From: Chloroflexota bacterium
GTDB taxonomy: Bacteria > Chloroflexota > UBA11872 > VXOZ01
Direction: 5' to 3'
NCBI GenBank assembly: GCA_965216245.1
Contig: OZ244145.1
Location: 2,317,284 to 2,381,283, forward strand
DNA: 64,000 nt
Part shown: positions 19,101 through 29,171 of the stretch, one piece after another
Layout: each line of letters starts with the position of its first letter
Position numbering within the stretch: the first letter of the stretch is position 1
Position numbers and translations under genes: made by a program
Notes under the pieces: model-generated
What the model saw: only the letters and a program-made list of their open reading frames with translations
The model's database searches: none
Told to the model about the DNA's origin: nothing

Positions 19101-21344
19101 TCATTCACAGAAGTCTAGTCCGCGGAGATCGAAATCCTGCAAGCGCTCGGACAAAACTGCTGGCACACATCCACTAAGGTAGTTTGCATAAAGATATAAG
19201 TTTACTAGGTTCTCGAGGTTCCCAAGCTCAGGCGGTATCGTGCCGGTTAGGTAATTGAACTTCAAGTCCAACACTCTCAGATTGGTCAATCCACCTATTT
19301 CAGGGGGGATACTGCCCTCTAGGTTGGTACAACACATGCGTAGACGTCTCAACTGTTTGAGATTGCCCAATTCCGCCGGGATGCTCCCTTCGAGCGGGTT
19401 CTGACTGAGATCCAAGCCCCCGAGCTTCGCTAGGCGCCCAAGGGATTTTGGAATCCTCCCACTGAGTTCGTTATCCCTGAGGTTCAGAGTTGTAAGTTCC
19501 GTGAGGTCTCCAATTTCCGAGGGGATGGGTCCGCTGAGGGAGTTCGATCTAAGGTCCAGCCACTTTAGACTCTTAAGATTTCCTAATTCCGATGGAATCT
19601 CACCGGTAAGACGCTGCCAATTGAGGCGCAGTTCCACCAACTCACTCAGACTGCCTATTTCCGGCGGAATGACTCCTGTCAGGGCATTGCTCTCGGAATC
19701 GCCAAAGTGCAGTCCGCGGACACGTGGAGGTGAGCCCTCTACGAAAATCCCTTGCCACTGCTGGATGGGAATTGAGGCTTTCCAATTCAAAAGAGCCTGC
19801 CCGGCCAATCTGTCCCGAAGCCTGAGCAGCGTCTGGCAGTCTCGCACTAAGCCCGAGTTCCAAGGATAGACATCTGCGCACGCCGCAATGTCGGCGGACG
19901 TGTCCGTCCAATCCGAGTGCTCCGCAACTAGCTGCTCCGCTGACCCCCGCACCAGGCGCTTGATGGTTCCGTCTCTCACAAGAATGTAGAGCTGGAAACG
20001 GCCGTCTTCTGACACTGAGAGAATGGCTAGAAGTAGGCCGCCTGGCGACCACGCGGTCTCGACGACTCTCGGTAGCCCCCCTGCTATCGCTTCCTTCAAA
20101 TCGCTGCCATCTGGGCGAATTGTGTATGCAAGTCCACCGCTCCAAGAATTAAACCAGACTTCTTCCCCATCTGGCGACCACATCACCGGGCCGTATCCAG
20201 TGTCTTTGTGGTCGGCCGTCACGTTTCGAAGGTCCGAGCCGTCCGACCGCACGACGTAGACTGTAGGGCCTATGGAGTCAGGGCCCGTCCTGTGAAACCC
20301 TGTAAAAGCCAGCATGGAGCCATCGGGCGACCACGCCGGTGCTTGTGGAGCGCCATCACCTGCCGGAGAGCCATAACTAGTAGACGCTATTTGGACCAGC
20401 GTCGATCCATCGGCCTCAGCTATGTATATGAAGGGAAGAATATTCCCGAACGCCACATCCTTGGCCTTGGGGCCCACGTAAGCCAGCCGGGTGCTGTCTG
20501 GCGACCAGAATGCCGGTCCACAATAGAAAGCGTTAAGATCGCCAATACGAGTGGGCTCTGACCCGTCCAGACGAACTGTGTAGAGACCATTTCGCTCGCG
20601 TCCTTCCACTCTGGGCTCTGAGCCAGCAAATGCCAGCCAATTGCCGTCCGGTGACCACTTGGCCCCTTGCCGTGTGTCTTGGCATTCAACTCTGACCGAA
20701 GGTGAAACCACTTGCACGTCGGAACCATCAGCGTCCATGAGAAAGAGCCGATCGCCGTAGTATTCATCAGATACAGCGCGATTGCTGACAAAGGCTATCT
20801 GCTGACCGTCCGGCGACCACACGGGATAGGCGCTGTGATGGCTATTGGGCTCATTGTAAGACTCAAATGGTGTCAGCCGCCGCACATCGCTGCCATCAAA
20901 CGCCGCAGTCTCTATAACCGAGCTGTCCTGCGGCACAAACACGCTATAGGCAACCCGCGAACCGTCGGGCGAAAGCGAAGGCGCAAAGGCTCCAGGGCGC
21001 TCCCAATCCCCAAACTGGGGTGCTGTCTCAGGGAAGGACCGCAGTTCCAGGCCGGCGCTGTCAACTACGTAGACACCCAAGAGCCCGCCGCTCGAGAAGA
21101 GTATGTGCTCCCCGTCCGGCGCCCACGTCAGGCTTGTGGCTCCATCGGAAAGTTGAGCAGCCGAGTAGTCCCATTGCGATGTGAAAGGAGACGTACTTCT
21201 CTCGGGGGTATGGTCAATCACAACTACAGGCGAAGGATCAGAAACAGTTTCGCAACCTCCAAGGGAAGTCGCCAGGAAGAGCGCACTCCCCAGCAACACT
21301 AAAGCCACCCTCAACCCTTGCAGACCCAACCTGCCTAACCACAT
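19101..21344 (-). CDS. Lipoprotein with TolB/PD40-like beta-propeller and plant-type leucine-rich repeats
   Basis: Hydrophobic signal with LGGC; many WSPDG repeats; N-cap RDC..LL...LNW...W.G; seven 24-aa LxGxIPxELGxLxxLxxLxLxxN repeats. Start codon uncertain. Confidence 0.88.
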   Translation of the reverse strand: MWLGRLGLQGLRVALVLLGSALFLATSLGGCETVSDPSPVVVIDHTPERSTSPFTSQWDYSAAQLSDGATSLTWAPDGEHILFSSGGLLGVYVVDSAGLELRSFPETAPQFGDWERPGAFAPSLSPDGSRVAYSVFVPQDSSVIETAAFDGSDVRRLTPFESYNEPNSHHSAYPVWSPDGQQIAFVSNRAVSDEYYGDRLFLMDADGSDVQVVSPSVRVECQDTRQGAKWSPDGNWLAFAGSEPRVEGRERNGLYTVRLDGSEPTRIGDLNAFYCGPAFWSPDSTRLAYVGPKAKDVAFGNILPFIYIAEADGSTLVQIASTSYGSPAGDGAPQAPAWSPDGSMLAFTGFHRTGPDSIGPTVYVVRSDGSDLRNVTADHKDTGYGPVMWSPDGEEVWFNSWSGGLAYTIRPDGSDLKEAIAGGLPRVVETAWSPGGLLLAILSVSEDGRFQLYILVRDGTIKRLVRGSAEQLVAEHSDWTDTSADIAACADVYPWNSGLVRDCQTLLRLRDRLAGQALLNWKASIPIQQWQGIFVEGSPPRVRGLHFGDSESNALTGVIPPEIGSLSELVELRLNWQRLTGEIPSELGNLKSLKWLDLRSNSLSGPIPSEIGDLTELTTLNLRDNELSGRIPKSLGRLAKLGGLDLSQNPLEGSIPAELGNLKQLRRLRMCCTNLEGSIPPEIGGLTNLRVLDLKFNYLTGTIPPELGNLENLVNLYLYANYLSGCVPAVLSERLQDFDLRGLDFCE

Positions 21345-21643
21345 TCGTATGTTTGCCCTCAAGTGATTCCTCTCATGGCCAAAGGTGTGCAGACAACGTG
21401 CAGTGCCTAGATTGCCAGTGCGTCCAGCGGATGCTGCGTGCAACCAAGCACTTGCTATGTGTTCACAGCAAGCTCACACTCATGATATTACTCGTTGGCT
21501 TGACAATTGGCACCTTTTGTAACGCGATTTTGCTCACATTTGTGTCCAAGTAGTATGGATTCGAGTGATTTGTATAAGTATATGGAGAGCGTCAAACCGC
21601 GCTATTCGGGAACGCTAGTGCCATACCTCTGCTTCAGGTCACG

Positions 21644-21681
21644 AAAATGAGAAGGGCGACCACAATGATCGCCCTTCTCAT
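21644..21681 (-). terminator. Intrinsic terminator after SBP paralog 3
   Basis: ATGAGAAGGGCGA...TCGCCCTTCTCAT stem with a T-run on the minus strand. Confidence 0.75.
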
Positions 21682-21745
21682 CAGCCTATGTTGGCAAAGC
21701 TGCGCCGACCGTTAGCGTCCGTGCCGCACGAGCATTGCGCAGTCC

Positions 21746-23143
21746 CTAGAAGTCCAGCACCGAGTTTGAGAGCGTCTCGTCGAGAACGATTTGGGTCTGC
21801 TCGTTGGTCTCGGCGATGGCTTCCTGGATGGTCTTCTCGCCCTGGTAGATCGCGCGCGGCAGCGCCACGTGCAGGCCGAGGATCTCGATGCCGCCGGGAG
21901 CGGTCACCACCCAGTGCGCGCCGGCCATCTCGATGGAGGCCTGCAAGCGCAGCGGGTCGTCCTTGGTCCATTCGGGGCTGTTCGCGACGGCCTTGTGCAC
22001 CGGCAGGCGGCCCTTGGCGTCGTTGAAGCGCAGCTCCTGCGGCGCGTCGTAGAGCCACTCCAGGAAGGCAAAGGCGCCATCCGGGTTACTGGAAGCGTTC
22101 GGCATCACCTTGGAGCCGCCGCCGCCGTAGGTCGCGGGCGTGCCGCCGGGAGGAATCGGCTCCACCGCCAGGCCGTAGCTGAGCGCCGCAAAGCCCTCGC
22201 GGTAGGCGGGGAAGTTCGGGATGTCGTAGATCTCGAAGTACATCGCCAGCTTGCTGTCGATGAAGATCTGCTGCGTACGAACGTCGCCGCGGAACTCTGC
22301 GACGGCGTCGTAGCCATCCTGCTCGTCATACATGCGCACTGTATGCTCGAACGCATTCACCATCATCTCATTGTTCATGGTGGACGTGCTGTCGTCGGCT
22401 GACGTCAGGTCGCCGCCCTGCTGCCAGTAGGGGATCATCCAGCCGGCAAGAGAGCCGCCGCTGCCCCACAACGGCACGTAGCCGAGACGGGCAATGTTGC
22501 CGGCCTCTTTCTTGAAGGTCTTGTTGATGGCGTCGTGGAACTCATCCCACGAGGTGGGCGGACGCTCCGGGTCGAGACCCACCTCGAGCAGCGCGTCGTT
22601 GTTGTAGAACAACGTGCGCACGTCCGCCGACCACGGCAAGCCGAAATGATGGCCGCGGTAGGTAACGTCGTTGAGAATGCGCTCCCACATATCGGCAGTG
22701 TTGATGATGGACGACATCTTGACCATGTCCGTGATGTCACGGACTACGCCGTTCACTGCCATGGTCTTGGGAATGTAACGGTCCTCGAAGGCCAGGTCGG
22801 GCGGCGCGCCGCCTGCTACCGCCGTCGGCAGCGTATCGCGCAGGTCTCTACCGCCCTTGGGTATGGTGGTAACGTTGTAGGCCTCGAATGTCTCGTTGAA
22901 CTCGGCAACGAGCTCAGCGCCGATCTCCTCATTGAAAGAACCCCACGCCGACGTGAGCGACCAGTAAACCACCTCGGTGGCCTCCATGGGCGCTGCGGGG
23001 GCCTCTTTGGTCTCAGCCTCGGGCGCTTCATCCTCGGGCGCGTCCGCCATCGGGGCCGCAGGTTGTCCGCACGCGGCCAGCAAAGCCGCAGTGCCCGCAA
23101 AGCCGATGCCGGTTCCGAGTATTCGCCGTCTTGAGGTACGCAT
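21746..23143 (-). CDS. ABC sugar-type extracellular solute-binding lipoprotein (paralog 3)
   Basis: SRRRIL twin-Arg plus LAAC lipobox. Homologous to paralogs 1 and 2. GGAGG RBS. Confidence 0.92.
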   Translation of the reverse strand: MRTSRRRILGTGIGFAGTAALLAACGQPAAPMADAPEDEAPEAETKEAPAAPMEATEVVYWSLTSAWGSFNEEIGAELVAEFNETFEAYNVTTIPKGGRDLRDTLPTAVAGGAPPDLAFEDRYIPKTMAVNGVVRDITDMVKMSSIINTADMWERILNDVTYRGHHFGLPWSADVRTLFYNNDALLEVGLDPERPPTSWDEFHDAINKTFKKEAGNIARLGYVPLWGSGGSLAGWMIPYWQQGGDLTSADDSTSTMNNEMMVNAFEHTVRMYDEQDGYDAVAEFRGDVRTQQIFIDSKLAMYFEIYDIPNFPAYREGFAALSYGLAVEPIPPGGTPATYGGGGSKVMPNASSNPDGAFAFLEWLYDAPQELRFNDAKGRLPVHKAVANSPEWTKDDPLRLQASIEMAGAHWVVTAPGGIEILGLHVALPRAIYQGEKTIQEAIAETNEQTQIVLDETLSNSVLDF

Positions 23144-23344
23144 GGTTGGCCTCCTCTGCGCAACTGCAAAAACTCGATTTGCCTCTGATTTCCACTCTTG
23201 CAAGAGATGGATATCGAGAGACGGTCTGTCAACAATCTAAATAACACTCTATTGACCATTAGTCAAGTCATAAAGCGCCTGTTGCAGCCTTAGAATTGGC
23301 CTGAGGCGAGTGCGGCGCAGTCATTGCAATCCCGCGACGAGAGG

Positions 23345-23372
23345 GTAGGGGCACGACATGTCGTGCCCCTAC
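23345..23372. repeat. GTAG-type REP palindrome
   Basis: Perfect 28-bp palindrome GTAGGGGCACGACATGTCGTGCCCCTAC. A relative lies at 10558-10585. Confidence 0.85.
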
Positions 23373-23965
23373 GTGTTACGAGGGCATGCGGCGAACTTAT
23401 CCTACGGCGACTCTCCTCCTACCTATCAAATCAGCGTATTACCTGAGAGTCTTGAGTCTGGCAAGAGACTTAACCCAACGAAGGACTTAGCCCATACCCA
23501 TTGGTGTCGGAACATTGGCTCTTATACAGGTGCCAGTTGAGGGGCTCTCAATTGAGGGGATGTGTTCTCTAACGCCCAGCGCACAGTGTGTCCGTTTCGG
23601 TTCGCGTCCTCCCCGATCCACCAGTTCATAGCTAAGACTTGCGGGGACTCGAACTCTTCTGCCGCAGCGTACGACTGAGACCCGCCTAGGACATTGGACC
23701 CATCCTTTGGCTCCACTCTTAGACCCAATGAGACTGAAATCATCACTCAGTGACCCGTTGAAGACGCTGGTCTCCCAGGAGAACCTGGTCCAGGACCGGA
23801 ACCGGGCGTGGCCCTCGCGATGGTCGGTTCCATCGTCCAGGTCGAAGCCCACGGTTTCACCAAAACTGGGACAGTCATGCTTCATGCTCTTCTTCCTGGA
23901 TGGGATGACTCCTTAACCGACATCGTGGGAAAGCCATCACCAATGGCTGTCGCACCCACAGCCAC

Positions 23966-25684
23966 CTAGAACAACCCTTGGAGATTCTCCCGGAGGTTCC
24001 GCCACCACCCCCGGTCCGATCCATGGTCCGGTACGAAGTGGACTGCGTATGTCCCGTCCTCCTCCACTTTGAGCCGCCCAGCCAGGGTCGCCACGCGGCC
24101 CGGGGAGATTGCTTCGAGGACCTCCGACGGGTCGAGGACGTTAACTCGCTGCACGTATTCGCCCCGATTCATCTCCACCACTAGCTCGTCGGCGTCTTGG
24201 AACACGACCGTGCCACTGACCTTCACGCATTCATCGCGAAACAGGTCGCCGGCCACCGCAATCTGTGCTGGGGTGGGGATACGGGGAGAGTCCAAGGAAC
24301 ACGGCTTGACGCGCGGCGATACCACGTCGAGGCTGAACAGGACGACCAAGACCAACGCCCCTATGCCCAACAGGCTTACCACCCATATGAAGCACCCGCG
24401 GAGGCACCCGCCGCTTTTCGGTTCCTCAATCAGTCTTTCTCCCCTGTCCTGTTGATACCCGCCCGATGGCGGTGACGGCGCACCTTCCAGAGAACTGCGC
24501 TGTGAATCCGGCTCACGCGCTATGTCCTGGATTTCGTCGGCGGTCTCCCTGTGCACGGCCTTCCCGGTATCCGGCGACTCCAATTGGAGCAGCTCAAGCT
24601 CTGCCTCGTAACTCAGTCCCGCGGCCGCTTTCGCCGCATCGCCCGACCGTCCGGTCAGCCACCATTCCGGCGCGTGCATGAAACCGCGATAGGCCGCGTC
24701 CAGGTCGGCGCCTTGCAGGGAGGATGCGCTGCCGGATCCGAACCACGGCGGAGCCGAGTCCGAGACGTTGAGCCATGGCTGGGCCACATTCAGCGCCACG
24801 GCATAGGGCAATATGGAATCAGCTTTGTTCCGGGCATCGGGCGGGGCAGGTCCGGCCATAGTCTCTTGCCAGCCTAGCCACTGACTTTTCTCATGCGCTC
24901 CCCTCTGCGTTGTCGGCACCATGCCCGTTGGTATCGACGGCGCCATCATCAAGTATACGAGGCCTGTGAACGCGCCGATCAGGGCGTTCGCCCACCACTG
25001 GTCCAGCCATACAGCCGCCCAAAGTCCGCTGCCAACGCCCATCAAGGCGCCGGCCAGCATTCCCCACCCGATTGCATCGCCGAAGTTTTCCCTCCTGACT
25101 CGCACCGGATTGTCATGGAAAAGGCCGCGATGCTGCAGGTAGTCCCCTATCTGGTCGCCGATGGCATCCTCGCGCTTCATTATCGCTTCATGGAGCGCAT
25201 CAACCGTCGTGGCACGCATCGGCATGCTTTCGCATATCGTTCGCTCCCAGTCATACTGTACGGGAGCCTGCCAAGACAGCCGATACAGGAAACCGATCGT
25301 TGTTCCGATGGCCTCGATTCGCAGCGTGCCGCGCTGGCACATCTCGATGATGGAGGCCAGCATCGTCGGGTTCCATATCATGTGGCCTCCCAGCGCAGAT
25401 ACCGCCGCCGCGGGCATTGAATCGGGCTGCAGGGTTCCCGAGTACCATGGGGACCGATGCGCCTCCGTCGCCTGCGGGGGCCGATACTTGGGCCACAGCC
25501 GCAGCACGATAATGACTAACTGCGCCGCGACTACGCCTATCGTGCCGAAGCCCAAGAACGCCTGCTGCCTCCGGTCCAACTCCCGGAAGTCAGGAAAGCC
25601 GATTGCGGCGATTGCCCCGCCTGGGTCTATCGCGAACAGCAAGCCGATGGCGGCTAGGGCCGCCACTGCTGTCACCACACTCAC
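23966..25684 (-). CDS. DUF2207-like membrane protein (C-terminal type) with an extra C-terminal OB-like segment
   Basis: P..MPAA.V, A.IIEM..RG.L.I, T..GA.E...W.G and ILPYAVAL motifs; several TM helices. Confidence 0.6.
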   Translation of the reverse strand: MSVVTAVAALAAIGLLFAIDPGGAIAAIGFPDFRELDRRQQAFLGFGTIGVVAAQLVIIVLRLWPKYRPPQATEAHRSPWYSGTLQPDSMPAAAVSALGGHMIWNPTMLASIIEMCQRGTLRIEAIGTTIGFLYRLSWQAPVQYDWERTICESMPMRATTVDALHEAIMKREDAIGDQIGDYLQHRGLFHDNPVRVRRENFGDAIGWGMLAGALMGVGSGLWAAVWLDQWWANALIGAFTGLVYLMMAPSIPTGMVPTTQRGAHEKSQWLGWQETMAGPAPPDARNKADSILPYAVALNVAQPWLNVSDSAPPWFGSGSASSLQGADLDAAYRGFMHAPEWWLTGRSGDAAKAAAGLSYEAELELLQLESPDTGKAVHRETADEIQDIAREPDSQRSSLEGAPSPPSGGYQQDRGERLIEEPKSGGCLRGCFIWVVSLLGIGALVLVVLFSLDVVSPRVKPCSLDSPRIPTPAQIAVAGDLFRDECVKVSGTVVFQDADELVVEMNRGEYVQRVNVLDPSEVLEAISPGRVATLAGRLKVEEDGTYAVHFVPDHGSDRGWWRNLRENLQGLF

Positions 25685-26146
25685 AATGGCCTACCTTCCT
25701 TCTCGGGTCGCACTGCCTGCTTGACTCCGCCGGACAACCGCCCTTCAAACTACTATCGGAGAGCAGCAGTCGCCAGGCGATACCCGCGCCCAGCCGTGTC
25801 GGAGTCCGTCCTCTGGAGGCTGAGGACGGCGGCGTTGCTATTCGGGACAGCGACTACGGCCACCTTGGCCGGTGTCCCCTTCCACAGGACAGGTCGGGCA
25901 TGACGGTGCTGCCGTTCCTGGCTAGAATGACCCCTCCCCTATAAAAAGCGGGGAAACATCTTCTATGCTTTCCAAGTCGCCCGCTGCCGCGGCTGTAGCA
26001 AGACATGTGGTCATTGCCTATTCTCAAATTCTACTATGCCGTTCCCATTCGGCATCCTGACCGGCTCTCTTGCTTTTCTACATGATCTGTAATCTCGGTC
26101 AAAGTCGATGCCGCCCAGTTGCCGTTGAGGGCGGACTGAAATCTAA

Positions 26147-26227
26147 AATTCCTCGCTGCGCTCGGAATGACACTAGGTTGCGACGAAGGATGTGACGGCT
26201 CCGTGTAGCGCGGGGGCTTGTCCCCGC
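26147..26227. repeat. REP cluster (class B plus GTAG type)
   Basis: ATTCCTCGCTGCGCTCGGAATGAC (inverted class B) and GTAGCGCGGGGGCTTGTCCCCGC. The latter recurs inverted at 32191-32214 and 43649-43672. Confidence 0.8.
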
Positions 26228-26427
26228 TGCCTCACATAGATACCGGACACCAAAGCGAGTGCATATCTTCTGCCAGAGACCCTAACCCGCATGCAACCAG
26301 GAGAAGGGCGATCAGCACGGGCAGCGCCGCGACACAGACGGGAGGGGACGCGCGAGCATAGCGAGCGCGGTGGGGGCCCACCACCCCCAACATACACCCG
26401 ACACGCCGACACACCGCTCGCGTCCGA

Positions 26428-26991
26428 CTAAAGCCACTGCTTCTGGCCGGTAACGTAGATATTCTGGAAGTCTTCATCCGACTTGGTCAGGTAGATAATG
26501 CCTTCCACCAACCCAAGTACGCCAGCCGCCATCAGAGCAGCATAGCCAACCACGTACATCAAAATCCCAATGACGATGCCAATGCCGAACATTCCCAAAG
26601 CTATGAATGCACTGCCCACAATCGTAGCCAGCACTAGGCCGCCGCCGCCAACTGCCAGCTGTATTATTGCGGGCCTCTTGATGCCCAGATAGAACTTGTG
26701 GACGCCGGCCCAGCCAAGGAATATCCCCAGCAGCCCGGCAACCACCTTGGTCTTCTCGGAGCCCATCACGCCCTCGAGAGCGCCGCCAATCCCGCCGGCG
26801 CCGGGGGCCGGCGTAGCACGGTAAATGGCTACAGCATCGCTGTCCTGCGCCTCGAAATCCACCCGCATTCCCCGGTTGGGAATGGCCTGGTCTTTCCATT
26901 CGGTCCCGACAAAGTTATATCGGTTGCCGTCATCCCCTGTGATCAGTCCCGAGTTGGTTTGAGCGGAGTAAGCTAATACTTGTCCATTCAT
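26428..26991 (-). CDS. TM2 domain membrane protein with an N-terminal cold-shock-like OB domain
   Basis: G.V..Y......G.I.GDDG.RY.F...G.RVDFE N-terminus; KVVAGLLGIFLG.AGVHKFYLG TM2 motif; LVEGIIYLTKSDEDF. Confidence 0.85.
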   Translation of the reverse strand: MNGQVLAYSAQTNSGLITGDDGNRYNFVGTEWKDQAIPNRGMRVDFEAQDSDAVAIYRATPAPGAGGIGGALEGVMGSEKTKVVAGLLGIFLGWAGVHKFYLGIKRPAIIQLAVGGGGLVLATIVGSAFIALGMFGIGIVIGILMYVVGYAALMAAGVLGLVEGIIYLTKSDEDFQNIYVTGQKQWL

Positions 26992-27005
26992 TTCCTGTTC
27001 TCCTC

Positions 27006-27139
27006 TTGATCGGCGTCAAATATTGTTGCCGGTGTGCGTCTATTATTGTTTGCCGGTAGACTTCCTGTTGAAGGCGCTTCTGAGCTGCCCCGGTCCGATA
27101 GCTGGGGACGTCGAACTCCAGGATGGCCGAGTGGTGGAA
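27006..27139 (-). mobile_element. IS21 family right-end remnant (istB 3' end plus subterminal repeats)
   Basis: Minus strand encodes HHSAILEFDVPSYR (IstB C-terminal motif). Direct repeats GCGTCAAATATTGTTGCCGGT and GCGTCTATTATTGTTTGCCGGT. Confidence 0.7.
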
Positions 27140-27202
27140 GCTCAGCCTCCGTCTGAGCTTCCCGGGGCGCGAAGCCGCTTACGCCCCGTCGCGCCAGTAT
27201 AT

Positions 27203-27781
27203 CCGGTATTTCCCATATTGGGAGTCTTCAGGCTCAAAGGGCAATCCAAACGAGATGGTATCATAATAGTCAGGTTCTGCAAGGCCAGTCAATCTCCGGT
27301 CTATCCAATAACGGATGCGATTCTTGCCGTGAACCATGTTTCTTGTCCATCTTTGTCGTCTTCGGGCCCCCGCCAGTGGGGTGAAACCGCATTGAAGACA
27401 AGCCGACTCCCTGGAGCGCTCTCCCTCTTGGCAAGGTCGTGGTTGTACCCTCCCTCAGCTTGGCGCCGGCGATAACCGGCCGATACGATCCAGCTCTCCC
27501 TGGAACAACCTTCGAGGAACCGACACCTCGGACAACTGAAAGATCAATCGCCGGGAGTGCCGCACCAGACGGCCTCCCGTCTTGATCACCTTGACCTTCA
27601 CACTCCGCAGCGACCAGTGCTTGACCGCCTTGGGCAGACACAGCCGTCGAAGGAAGTTCCCAAGATTGTACGCCAGGACGAACACAGACAGACGCACCCG
27701 GTTGGCCACGAACCGATGGCACGACAGCCGAGTCCAGTTCACGGCGTACTTCCCTTCCTTGATCCACTGCTCGGCTGCCCT
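27203..27781 (-). mobile_element. IS1380 family 3' remnant (truncated transposase plus end)
   Basis: EQWIKEGKYA.NWTRLSC.RF.AN.VRL..F.LAYNLGNFLRRL...IKTGGRLVRHSR at 27455-27780. End motif CCGGTATTTCCCAT at 27203. Confidence 0.85.
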
Positions 27782-28080
27782 TGACGCCTATTGTGTTCGG
27801 GAACGTAGAAATCTACAATAACACTGTCAAGATAGACATATACACCGACGGCGTTGCCGGGACTGGCGTCGAGTACGTATTCGCAATGACCCTGACGGCG
27901 AGGGTGAGTGTGTTGGGTCTCATATCCTGACCGGCCGGGGGCTCGTGTGGACTACGCCTGGATGGCCTGAGCGACTCGCTACATCAAGTTTACTCTACGA
28001 GATTTCGCAATAGAGTATTATTAGGCACATCCACAAGTGGCAACTCCGAATCGCATCATCTGCTTGAAAGGAAGCGTTCC

Positions 28081-28947
28081 ATGCTTGATCTTGCCATTAT
28101 CGGGCTCAGCCCGCAGCACCCGCGTTCTTTTTCCCAGCTAATCAACGAGGAGAATCCCAACGGGGAAGGCCTGAACGGCGTGGCCCGCATTTCGATGCTC
28201 TGGGACCGCGACCGCGCGGCGGCTGAGGAATTTGTGGCTGACCATGGGCTGGAGACCGTGCTCGACGATCCTACTGCGGCGATCGGCAAAGCCGACGGTG
28301 TGCTGGTGCTCGAAGACCCCGGCGATACGCATCTGGAGTTGGCGCGGCCCTATTTGGAGGCCGGTGTGCCGACGTTTGTGGATAAGCCCTTTGCGCTGAG
28401 CGTAGAGCATGCGCAGGAGATGATAGCGCTTGCCCAGACTCACAATACGCCCCTCATGTCGTCGTCGGCCCTCCGCTTCGCCCGCGAAGTGCTGGAATTC
28501 AAGGCGCAAGAGAAGGAGCTTGTCGGCGACCTCCGGGTAGCCGTGGCAACCGGGCCGAACGAACTGGTCTACTACGGCATCCATGCGGCGGAACTTTTTT
28601 ACACGGTGATGGGTCCCGGTATCGCGTGGGTGCGCAACGAGTACACGGATGAGTACGATATCGTCCACGTGCGTTACGCCGACGGCCGGGCCGTCACCAT
28701 GCAGATAATTCGCAGTGCTCGCTACGGGTTCTTGCTGAACGTCTACGGCACGGAGGGCAAAGCCGAGATTGCCGTGCGGGACGCCAATTTCTTCTATGCC
28801 GAGCAGATGCGCGCCGTTGTCCGCATGATACAGACGCGAGAGAATCCAATTCCCCACGTGGAGATGCTGGAGATCATCGGCATGCTGGTCGCGGCCAGAC
28901 AATCAGGGGAAACCGGCGAGCGCGTGGATCTTTCAACCGTGCTCTAG
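28081..28947 (+). CDS. Gfo/Idh/MocA family oxidoreductase
   Basis: AIIG, TFVDKPFA, MSSSALRF, YYGIH. Confidence 0.88.
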   Translation: MLDLAIIGLSPQHPRSFSQLINEENPNGEGLNGVARISMLWDRDRAAAEEFVADHGLETVLDDPTAAIGKADGVLVLEDPGDTHLELARPYLEAGVPTFVDKPFALSVEHAQEMIALAQTHNTPLMSSSALRFAREVLEFKAQEKELVGDLRVAVATGPNELVYYGIHAAELFYTVMGPGIAWVRNEYTDEYDIVHVRYADGRAVTMQIIRSARYGFLLNVYGTEGKAEIAVRDANFFYAEQMRAVVRMIQTRENPIPHVEMLEIIGMLVAARQSGETGERVDLSTVL

Positions 28948-28983
28948 TGTTTTAGCTACTTTGTATTGATGAATGAAGAAACG

Positions 28984-29091
28984 GTAGCACAGGTTTGTAA
29001 CCTGTGCTCAACTCCTCGGATTGGCGTGATAGCCCCGCATCACGGGAAGATTGCGCAGGTTGCGCGTACGTCCCGAGCGAACCTACGCTAC
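28984..29091. repeat. Degenerate GTAG...CTAC REP doublet
   Basis: GTAGCACAGGTTTGTAACCTGTGCT and a partner GCGCAGGTT...AACCTACGCTAC. Confidence 0.6.
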
Positions 29092-29171
29092 CGGCGCTCT
29101 TGCCCATCAATGTAAGCTTATCGAACTACCTGCTCAAGAGCACATAGTGCCCACAAGGAGAAATATCTTTC

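Noticed and set aside
23487-23916. Short ORFs between SBP paralog 3 and the DUF2207-like gene
   Set aside because: Overlapping frames with no recognisable motif or clear RBS; cannot choose a real gene.
25690-25760. c-di-GMP-II riboswitch
   Set aside because: Only a loose resemblance to GGGC...AGTGC.ACC; the conserved core could not be matched by eye.
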